This document shows, piece by piece, positions 25,002 through 32,000 of a stretch of 32,000 nt of DNA (position 1 is the stretch's first letter; each line of letters begins with the position of its first letter). Where the stretch lies: assembly GCF_000172995.2 (NCBI RefSeq), contig NC_014729.1, forward strand, positions 720,001-752,000. Direction: 5' to 3'. A model generated the notes under the pieces. That model was not told the DNA's origin. It saw nothing but the letters and a program-made list of their open reading frames with translations, and made no database searches. A program made the position numbers and the translations under genes. The stretch comes from Halogeometricum borinquense DSM 11551. GTDB lineage: Archaea; Halobacteriota; Halobacteria; Halobacteriales; Haloferacaceae.

Positions 25002-26003
25002 CTAAGGCGTCGGTGCTGCCTTTTGCAGGGCCGTCTCCGCGATATTGCCGCCGTAGTCGGCGCTTCGGGAGACGGAGTCAACGATCAGTCCGAGCAGTTG
25101 CGCGCGTGCAGGGTCAAGGTCGCGCAGGAGTTCGTCGATTTTCCGCGCGCGTTCGTCTATCTGTTGGACGTTTTCGCGGGCGTCGTTGGCGAGGCGGGAC
25201 GCTTCGTCGGGGTCGTCGGTGAACAGCGCATCCATCCCGTCGTCTACGACTTTTCGCGCTTCCATGTACAGTTCTTCGAGTGCGGAGACGACATCCTCGG
25301 AGACGGGTTCCTCGAAGTTGAGCGTCAGGTGGGCAATTTTCGTCGCGTGGTCGCCGATGCGTTCGAGTTGCCGCGCGGCGGACTGGTAGTCGAAACACAC
25401 CTCACGCGGCAGGCCGAGTTCCTCGGCCGCCTTCGGGGTGCGAAGCGTCGCACGGAAGATGCGCGAGACGACCATCCACAGACGGTCAACGTCGTCATCA
25501 CGCTGGATCACGTCGCGGGCCATGTCGTCGTCCAGTTCCGCGATGGCGGCGATTGCGTCTTCGAGCATCGAGAGAGAGATGAGGCGCATTCGCGTCACTG
25601 CGTTATGGATCGACAGTTCCGAGGAGTCCAGCAAGTCGCGGATGACGACTCTATCACGCGTTTCTTCGAGAACTTCGAGACCGACGAGACTCTGCGTCGC
25701 CTCACGGATGGTTCGTCGCTGCTCGGTCGTGATGCGACCGCTCTCTAAGGCGATGATATCGAACCCGCTTACGTACATCGTCATCACCGCACGCGTGAGT
25801 TCGTCGCCCGCCAAGTTGGCGATATCGAGCGTCCCTTCCGTCCGCTCGTCCTCGGTTCGCGGGGTCAGAAACAGTGAGTCGCCTTCAGGGTAGAACTCGA
25901 CTTCGCTTCCCGCAGAGACGCTGTTTTCCGTCGCCCAGTCTTTCGGAATCGAGACGGTGTACGTTGACCCTCCCGTCACCTGCACCTTTCGCGTTTCGAC
26001 CAT
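25002..26003 (-). CDS. phoU: Phosphate uptake regulator: AbrB/SpoVT-type N-terminal domain fused to a duplicated PhoU domain
   Basis: N-terminus MVETRKVQVTGGSTYTVSIPKDWA (SpoVT/AbrB-like swapped hairpin), then two PhoU-like helical repeats with E/D-x3-D style blocks (RDVIQRDDDVDRL; ARENVQQIDERARKID). Divergent from the pst operon. Confidence 0.85.
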   Translation of the reverse strand: MVETRKVQVTGGSTYTVSIPKDWATENSVSAGSEVEFYPEGDSLFLTPRTEDERTEGTLDIANLAGDELTRAVMTMYVSGFDIIALESGRITTEQRRTIREATQSLVGLEVLEETRDRVVIRDLLDSSELSIHNAVTRMRLISLSMLEDAIAAIAELDDDMARDVIQRDDDVDRLWMVVSRIFRATLRTPKAAEELGLPREVCFDYQSAARQLERIGDHATKIAHLTLNFEEPVSEDVVSALEELYMEARKVVDDGMDALFTDDPDEASRLANDARENVQQIDERARKIDELLRDLDPARAQLLGLIVDSVSRSADYGGNIAETALQKAAPTP

Positions 26004-26255
26004 GTTCAGAGATCTGAGAGGCACACCATAAATCTGTCCTTGTCTATATATTGGTTAGTTCGTGACCGGAATTGGGGCTCTTCGAACGGGGACATTCCCA
26101 GTAGATGCATGTGTTCGACCACTGAAACCTTTCGGATAAGTTCCGTTCAGAGTCAGGAAATCGGCAGACAGCGGCTGGATTATATGTGTAGCACTTGATA
26201 TTCATCAAGAGTAATACGTTCGACTAGTGTGCTAAAAACAAACACAGTATCCAAA

Positions 26256-26277
26256 CTATACAGATCATAGCAGAGTA
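26256..26277 (+). promoter_or_regulatory. pstS-1 promoter: TATA-like CTATACA plus conserved CATAGCAGAGTA element
   Basis: CTATACA at 26256-26262 and CATAGCAGAGTA at 26266-26277, which ends 30 nt before the ATG at 26308. A near-identical arrangement precedes pstS-2. Confidence 0.4.
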
Positions 26278-26307
26278 CATAGTTTAGTGGTGGCTCGCAA
26301 TCGATTG

Positions 26308-27459
26308 ATGACGCGGAACTCATCGGATGTGTCGAACAGTGTGTCGAGGCGGAAATTCGTCGTCGCCGCCGGGGCGACGGGACTTGCGGGCCTCGCGGGT
26401 TGTAGTGGAACGGGGGGAAGTCAGACCCCCTCCACGTCGGGCGGTAACGACGGTTCAGACGGGCAGACAGAACAGACCACCTCATCGTCAACCAGCAGCG
26501 ACAGCGGATCGGTGACACCGTTGACGGCTGACGGATCTTCGACGGTGTACCCCGTGACGAACCTCGCCGGGTCGTACTGGAACTCCAACCCGCCCGCAGA
26601 CGACAAAGAGTACTGGGGACCGGGACAGTACGGTATTGAAACCGACAAGAGTCTTGCAGACTACTGGGCCGGACTCTACGGATTCGAGGGCAATGATGAC
26701 GGTACGCCCCCGTTCCGAACCAGCATCGGTCTCAGTCACAGCGGTGTCGGTCTAGAGAAACTCAAGAAGGGACAGGTCGATATCGGCGACTCGAGCGCAC
26801 CGGTCGGTGCGGAGTTCCCCGATGCGTCCGACGACGAACTCGAACCGTTCACGGACCACGTCGTCGCTGTTGACGCCCAGCCCGTTGTCGTCAGCAAGGA
26901 GATTTACGACGCTGGCGTGACGAAGCTCACCCTCGAACAACTCCAAGACATCTATCGTGGAGAGATCACGAAGTGGTCGGAAATCGATGGTTACGATGGT
27001 CCTGACAAGGAGATTCAGGCTGTCGGGCGTGCTGAGGGGTCCGGTACGGACACCGCATTCCGACTGAACGTCCTCGGCGACCCCGACGCGTCGATGTCGG
27101 GTGTCGATATTCGGAAAGGGCAGAACCAACAGGTCAAGACGCTGGTCTCGAAGTCGAACAACGCCGTCGCGTACCTCGCACTGGCGTTCGTCGATGAGGA
27201 GGCAGTCCCGCCCGTCTCCTTGGAGATCGAAGGCACGACCTACACATACGGCGAAAACCTCGGTGCCAAGGAGTACCCCCTTTCCCGTGATCTCCACGCG
27301 TACACGTGGGACGGGACCTCGAAGAAGGAAGCCGCGTTCCTCCGGATGATTCTCACGGAGTTCGGACAGAAGAACTTCGTCGCGACGAACAACTACGTAA
27401 CGTTGACGGAGAAACGACTATCGAAAGAACGCTCCAAGCTCCCTGAACCGGAAGCGTGA
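26308..27459 (+). CDS. pstS: Phosphate ABC transporter substrate-binding lipoprotein PstS (copy 1)
   Basis: Tat/lipobox signal SRRKFVVAAGATGLAGLAGCSG. PstS-type blocks GSSTVYP, GLSHSGVG, GRAEGSGTDTAF and NAVAYLALAF. The ATG at 26308 is preferred over the GTG at 26287. Confidence 0.9.
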   Translation: MTRNSSDVSNSVSRRKFVVAAGATGLAGLAGCSGTGGSQTPSTSGGNDGSDGQTEQTTSSSTSSDSGSVTPLTADGSSTVYPVTNLAGSYWNSNPPADDKEYWGPGQYGIETDKSLADYWAGLYGFEGNDDGTPPFRTSIGLSHSGVGLEKLKKGQVDIGDSSAPVGAEFPDASDDELEPFTDHVVAVDAQPVVVSKEIYDAGVTKLTLEQLQDIYRGEITKWSEIDGYDGPDKEIQAVGRAEGSGTDTAFRLNVLGDPDASMSGVDIRKGQNQQVKTLVSKSNNAVAYLALAFVDEEAVPPVSLEIEGTTYTYGENLGAKEYPLSRDLHAYTWDGTSKKEAAFLRMILTEFGQKNFVATNNYVTLTEKRLSKERSKLPEPEA

Positions 27460-27621
27460 GGAACCGGACACAGTATATATCCCGAGTAAACATACAATAG
27501 TCTCCCACCGATATTCCGTGCGTATCGCTAACGTAGCCGCCCGGTGATCGAAGACCCTCCAACATTCGCGCCTCAGTTCTCAAGAGTGCCACTCGTTCAC
27601 TCATCCCTCCCATACGTACGG

Positions 27622-27645
27622 ATATATAGACAACATAGTAGAGTA
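27622..27645 (+). promoter_or_regulatory. pstS-2 promoter: TATA-like ATATATAG plus conserved CATAGTAGAGTA element
   Basis: ATATATAG at 27622-27629 and CATAGTAGAGTA at 27634-27645, which ends 29 nt before the ATG at 27675. Confidence 0.4.
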
Positions 27646-27674
27646 TTTACTACCTAATCAGCAACGTACCGACG

Positions 27675-28763
27675 ATGTCTGAGTATCCTGTCCATCGACG
27701 TTCGTTGTTAGTCGGTGGCGCCGGACTCGTCGCCTCCTTGGCTGGCTGTATTAGTACAAGTGCGACACCTCCCGGGCAGAACGAGGGTTCAGACGAGAGT
27801 GGTGGTGACTCTTCTGAATCGACCGAACTACTGAAGGCAGGTGGTTCGTCAACCGTCTACCCGATCGCCAACAAGGCGGGGTCGTACTGGAACTCGAATC
27901 CTCCAGCGGAGGACGAGGAGTATTGGGGACCAACGCAGTATGGTATTGACACTGATGAGAATCTCGCGGATTACTGGGCCGGACGCTACGGGTTTGAGTC
28001 TGACTCAGGGTCATCGGTTCCGTTCACCGTTAGCGTCGGGCTGAGCCACTCGGGGACCGGTCTGGAGAAAGTCCGGAACGAGCAACTGGATATCGGGAAC
28101 GCCAGCGCTCCGGTCAGCGCTGAACTCCCCGACGCGTCCCAAGAGGAACTCGACAAGTTCGTCAATCACGTAGTCGGCGTTGACGCACAGCCTATCGTCG
28201 TCAGTAAGGAGATCTACGACGCGGGCGTGACGAAACTCACTGCCGACAAGATTCGTGCAATCTACCGCGGAGAGATAACGAACTGGTCCGAAATCGATAG
28301 CTACGGCGGACCAGACCGAGAAATTCAGACGATCGGCCGGTCAGTCGGTTCGGGGACCGACACCGCGTTCCGAGCGAATCTCCTCGGTGACTCCGAAGCT
28401 GAGATGCCCGGGGTTGACGTCCGAAAAGGTCAGAACCAACAGGTCAAAACCACGGTGTCGAAGTCCAATAACGCTATCGCGTACATGGCGCTCGCATTCG
28501 TTGACGACTCGGTTCCCGCGATCTCACTCGAAGTCGGTGGGAAGACGTACACTCGTGGGGAAAACCTCTCTGACCCCGGGTATCCGCTGGCGCGTGACCT
28601 CCACTGTTACACGTACGAGGACACGTCCAAACGTGAAGCCGCGTTCCTCCGGATGATCCTCTCGGACTTCGGCCAGCAGACGTTCGTTGAACCGACCGGA
28701 TACGCACCGCTCACACAGGAACGCCGCGAAACAGAACTGAGTAAGCTTCCGGAGACAGTCTGA
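27675..28763 (+). CDS. pstS: Phosphate ABC transporter substrate-binding lipoprotein PstS (copy 2, paralogue)
   Basis: Signal HRRSLLVGGAGLVASLAGCIS. Collinear with copy 1 through GSSTVYP, GLSHSGTG, GRSVGSGTDTAF and NAIAYMALAF. Confidence 0.9.
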   Translation: MSEYPVHRRSLLVGGAGLVASLAGCISTSATPPGQNEGSDESGGDSSESTELLKAGGSSTVYPIANKAGSYWNSNPPAEDEEYWGPTQYGIDTDENLADYWAGRYGFESDSGSSVPFTVSVGLSHSGTGLEKVRNEQLDIGNASAPVSAELPDASQEELDKFVNHVVGVDAQPIVVSKEIYDAGVTKLTADKIRAIYRGEITNWSEIDSYGGPDREIQTIGRSVGSGTDTAFRANLLGDSEAEMPGVDVRKGQNQQVKTTVSKSNNAIAYMALAFVDDSVPAISLEVGGKTYTRGENLSDPGYPLARDLHCYTYEDTSKREAAFLRMILSDFGQQTFVEPTGYAPLTQERRETELSKLPETV

Positions 28764-29818
28764 TGTCTACTGGAACTCGATTCGAAGCGTTTCAGGATAT
28801 CGACCGGGGGACACGCCTCATCGGTTTGACGAGCGGACTGGCACTCCTTGCCGTCCTCCTCGCGTTCCTCGTTGCAGCCCAGTTCGTCGTTTATCCGTTC
28901 GTCGTGTTCCTCGTCTCCGTCGCCTACGGCTGGTACGCCTATCAGGAGAGTACAGCGAAGATCCTGATGTTCTTCACGACGGTATCGACAGTAATCATAT
29001 TGGGTCTCATAACCGTTTACCTGTTCATCAAGTCGATTCCGGCGTTTCGGACGATGGGTCTCGATATCCTCCTGAAGACGAATCAGCCGCTCTGGGAGCG
29101 GGCGTCGAACACGTACTCGCTCGCACCCATGATCTGGGGGACGGTGCTGACGACGATCATCGCCATGGTCATCGCGGCTCCCCTCGGAATCGCCGGCGCG
29201 CTGTTCATCAGCGAAATCGCACCGAAGTGGGCGCGTGAGATCATCAAGCCGGCCATCGAGATGCTCGCAGGGATTCCGTCTATCGTCTACGGATTCCTCG
29301 GTTGGGTCGTCGTGACGGAGTATTTCTATAGCGAACTCCAACTCTCGAACTTCAGTAGCCTGATGGTGGCCGGTATCATGGTCGGAGTCATGGCGCTTCC
29401 GACCGTCGTCTCCGTCGCGGAAGACGCGATTGCGAGCGTCCCCGGTTCGACGAAGGACGGATCGCTTGCACTCGGCGCGAGCGACTGGCAGACGATAAAG
29501 AGCGTCACCTTCCCGACCGCGTTCTCCGGAATCTCTGCTGCAGTCATCCTCGGCGTCGGTCGCGCTGTTGGAGAGACGATGGCTGCCACCGTCATTCTCG
29601 GACACCAGCAGGCGTTCCCTGACCCTCTCTACGACGTGTGGGAGGGGACTGAAACATTGACAAGCCTCATCGCCAGTCAGTACGGCATTGCGACTGGCAC
29701 ACAACTCAGTGCATTGTTCGCCGCAGGTGTGATTCTGTTCTTGACCGTTCTCACGCTGAGTATCGGTTCGCAGATAATCGAAGATCGGCGGCGGAAACGT
29801 CTCGGAGGTGAAGGATGA
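28763..29818 (+). CDS. pstC: Phosphate ABC transporter permease PstC
   Basis: EAA-loop region VAEDAIASVPGSTKDGSLALGASDWQTIKSVTFPTA and multiple TM helices. The ATG overlaps the pstS-2 TGA by 1 nt (TGATG). Confidence 0.9.
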   Translation: MSTGTRFEAFQDIDRGTRLIGLTSGLALLAVLLAFLVAAQFVVYPFVVFLVSVAYGWYAYQESTAKILMFFTTVSTVIILGLITVYLFIKSIPAFRTMGLDILLKTNQPLWERASNTYSLAPMIWGTVLTTIIAMVIAAPLGIAGALFISEIAPKWAREIIKPAIEMLAGIPSIVYGFLGWVVVTEYFYSELQLSNFSSLMVAGIMVGVMALPTVVSVAEDAIASVPGSTKDGSLALGASDWQTIKSVTFPTAFSGISAAVILGVGRAVGETMAATVILGHQQAFPDPLYDVWEGTETLTSLIASQYGIATGTQLSALFAAGVILFLTVLTLSIGSQIIEDRRRKRLGGEG

Positions 29819-31455
29819 GTCTCGACACGCAGACTGGTGATACACTGGTCGATGATGAGTCCTCTCTGTTGGCGTACGTCTCCAGTGCCGTCACGGCAGT
29901 CGCACTCGGAATCGCCGTTGCCGGTATCGCAACGATATTCGGCGTTTTCGACCTCACAACAACGGTTTCCGGACTCTCGGCCTTCGACTACTTCGGCATC
30001 GGTTTCGTCGGTGTCGGCGTCGTACTCGTCGGCATTGGCGTCGCCTCGCGGATCGGCGTCCTCGACACGAAACCCGACCGGACGGCGGGCGCACTTCCCG
30101 CAGCCCTCTTCGGACTGATCGGGTTTGTCGTTGGGAGTCTTATCGGCTCCAGCACGCTCGGCTTCTCGACGTTCTGGCCGGTGTTCGGCATCGTTGGTGG
30201 CGTTTCCCTCGCGGCCGCGGCACTCCTTCCCCGTGAGGATCTCGGCGTGACTATTCCTGCTGGTGGACTCGCGCTGTTCGGCGGGCTCACGTTCCTTACC
30301 GGTCTCATCACGCCGTCGTGGACGTGGGAGCCCATAGCCGGATCGGCGACGTACACTGGTACGTTCGTTATCCCGTTCCTTGCTCTCTTCTTGGGCCTCC
30401 TCACAGCGTGGGTCGGTGCCGAAGCCTACGGCGGATTCGGGACTCGCGGGCGTCAAATGGGTGCTTATCTCCTCATCGGTGCGAACGCAGTTGGGATGCT
30501 CTCACTTCTCGTCATCCTTGTTGCGTTCGTCGTCAGTAAGGGATTCGCCCCGATGACTCGCGGGATCCGGTTCGGTCTGTTCTGGGAGCCGCTGACGTGG
30601 TTCTACTTCCCGCCAATCGACAAATACGTCGTTATCGAAGGGCCGTTAGTGTGGTTCTACTGGCCGTTCGTGATGGAGGGCGTCGCGCTGATGACCGAGA
30701 TCAACGGTATTTTCCCGGCAATCGTCGGCACGGTCTGGGTCGTCTTCGGCGCTGTCGTCTTCGCGATTCCACTCGGCGTCGGTGCGGCGGTTTTCCTGAC
30801 CGAGTACGCCGAACGCGGGTGGTTCACTAAACTTGTCGAAATTTCAACCGATGGGTTGTGGAGTACGCCCAGTATCGTTTACGGGCTGTTCGGGCTGGCG
30901 TTCCTCGTTCCCCGTCTCGGGAACACCACGTCGCTGCTCTCTGGAATGCTCGTTCTCGGCTTCATGATGCTTCCACTGGTGGTTATCACCAGCCGGGAGG
31001 CGCTCAAGAGCGTTCCTGACGACTACCGCGACGCCAGCGCTGCGCTCGGTGTCGGGAAATGGGAGACGATAAAAAGCGTCGTCCTCCCCGCCGCGATGCC
31101 CGGTGTTATCACCGGTGCCATCCTCGGTATTGGACGTATCGCGGGCGAGACGGCGCCGATCCTGCTCGTGATGGTCAGCGATCCGTTCCCCTCGCGTGCG
31201 ACAGATGTCTTCGCACCGGAGTTCGCCTTCGTCTCGGACTTCCCGTTCGTCCACGCACAAGTGATTGATCCGAATGCGTTGCTACAACCGACGAGTGCGC
31301 TCCCATACCAACTGTACGCGATAATTACAGCAGGTGTCGGCCAACGTGAATCGTTCGCGTGGGGGACGGCACTTGTGCTTCTCTTGGTCGTCTTGAGTTT
31401 CTACGTGGTCGGTATTGGCTCACGGATGTACTTCCGACGGAAGCTAGAACAATGA
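29815..31455 (+). CDS. pstA: Phosphate ABC transporter permease PstA with a roughly 210-aa N-terminal multi-TM extension
   Basis: Core has [38 protein letters not shown] (EAA loop). Overlaps pstC by ATGA. The N-terminal third is Gly/Val/Ala-rich hydrophobic helices. Confidence 0.9.
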   Translation: MSLDTQTGDTLVDDESSLLAYVSSAVTAVALGIAVAGIATIFGVFDLTTTVSGLSAFDYFGIGFVGVGVVLVGIGVASRIGVLDTKPDRTAGALPAALFGLIGFVVGSLIGSSTLGFSTFWPVFGIVGGVSLAAAALLPREDLGVTIPAGGLALFGGLTFLTGLITPSWTWEPIAGSATYTGTFVIPFLALFLGLLTAWVGAEAYGGFGTRGRQMGAYLLIGANAVGMLSLLVILVAFVVSKGFAPMTRGIRFGLFWEPLTWFYFPPIDKYVVIEGPLVWFYWPFVMEGVALMTEINGIFPAIVGTVWVVFGAVVFAIPLGVGAAVFLTEYAERGWFTKLVEISTDGLWSTPSIVYGLFGLAFLVPRLGNTTSLLSGMLVLGFMMLPLVVITSREALKSVPDDYRDASAALGVGKWETIKSVVLPAAMPGVITGAILGIGRIAGETAPILLVMVSDPFPSRATDVFAPEFAFVSDFPFVHAQVIDPNALLQPTSALPYQLYAIITAGVGQRESFAWGTALVLLLVVLSFYVVGIGSRMYFRRKLEQ

Positions 31456-32000
31456 GTAACATGACACAGACGAATCCGGAAACTGAGGAAGCGAACGAAC
31501 AGATGACCGTCGTCGGAGAGAGCGACGAGGAACTCCGCGAGGAGTGGATCCAATACGAGTTCGAGGGCGAACCGAAGTTCTCGGTCCGCGACCTCAACGT
31601 GTGGTACGGCGACGACCACGCACTTCACGACATCTCGATGGACATCCCCGAAAAGAGTGTGACCGCACTCATCGGGCCGTCGGGATGTGGGAAGTCCACG
31701 TTCCTCCGATGCCTCAATCGGATGAACGACCGCATCAAAAGTGCGCGTGTCGATGGGTCAGTTAAGTTCGAGAATCAAGAGATATACCAGGACGGCACCG
31801 ACCTCGTAGAACTCCGAAAGCGCGTCGGACAGGTGTTCCAGTCGCCGAACCCGTTCCCGAAGTCGATTCGGAAGAACATCTCGTACGGCCCGCGAAAGCA
31901 CGGCGACATCAATACTGGACTTCTCGCACGCCTTACCGGCCGGGACGACTCCGACCGCGAAGACGAACTCGTCGAACGGTCGCTCAAACAGGCGGCCCTC
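31452..32000 (+). CDS. pstB: Phosphate ABC transporter ATP-binding protein PstB (5' partial, runs off the window end)
   Basis: Not in the ORF track. I translated 31452-32000 by hand with no stop: [32 protein letters not shown]...[51 protein letters not shown]...[23 protein letters not shown]..., showing Walker A and the PstB-type Q-loop. The ATG overlaps the pstA TGA (ATGA at 31452-31455). Confidence 0.9.
   Translation, partial: MSNMTQTNPETEEANEQMTVVGESDEELREEWIQYEFEGEPKFSVRDLNVWYGDDHALHDISMDIPEKSVTALIGPSGCGKSTFLRCLNRMNDRIKSARVDGSVKFENQEIYQDGTDLVELRKRVGQVFQSPNPFPKSIRKNISYGPRKHGDINTGLLARLTGRDDSDREDELVERSLKQAAL

Noticed and set aside
27353-27613. 86-aa minus-strand ORF in the pstS-1/pstS-2 spacer
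   Set aside because: It overlaps the 3' end of pstS-1 and the AT-rich promoter of pstS-2. The composition is atypical and no motif is present.
28607-29845. 412-aa minus-strand ORF antisense to pstC, and 29677-30456 antisense to pstA
   Set aside because: Same GC-rich shadow-ORF artefact. The composition is Arg/Asp/Glu-rich low complexity, while the plus-strand frame has clear PstC/PstA motifs.
1-32000. tRNA, rRNA, IS element, integrase or prophage signatures anywhere in the window
   Set aside because: A scan for T-loop-like GGTTCGAATC words, long inverted terminal repeats and transposase- or integrase-like ORFs found nothing convincing.

Overview
This window reads as chromosomal DNA from a haloarchaeon (class Halobacteria). 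It is visibly GC-rich, the predicted proteins are strongly acidic, exported proteins carry twin-arginine signals with a lipobox Cys, and many genes have a TATA-like box about 25-30 nt upstream of the ATG (leaderless style). I found no rRNA, tRNA, CRISPR array, transposase or integrase. Most content is housekeeping. Left to right: an iron/cobalamin-type ABC importer fragment (binding protein and permease, no ATPase) with a winged-helix regulator; a Na+/Ca2+ exchanger; an Eis-like GNAT; carB without carA; an SDR; NAD kinase; a KaiC-like ATPase; a nitroreductase; UspA; a HerA-like ATPase and a NurA-like nuclease; a HAD hydrolase; ribosomal protein S8e; and an AbrB-PhoU regulator divergent from a pstS-pstS-pstC-pstA-pstB phosphate operon. 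pstB is truncated by the window end and missing from the ORF track. No clear-cut novel system stands out. The best candidates are: (1) the NurA-like/HerA-like pair, with no mre11/rad50 nearby, split by an opposite-strand 113-aa acidic gene; (2) a small AT-flanked islet at about 16.0-17.6 kb with an HTH protein and a Tat-secreted orphan protein; (3) a single-domain KaiC-like ATPase with a roughly 200-aa acidic tail, abutting a CPxCG zinc-finger micro-protein; (4) non-coding repeats, namely a 17-nt minisatellite upstream of carB, a tandem 22-mer upstream of rps8e, and a promoter motif duplicated before both pstS copies. All family calls rest on motifs recognised by eye and were not checked against any database.
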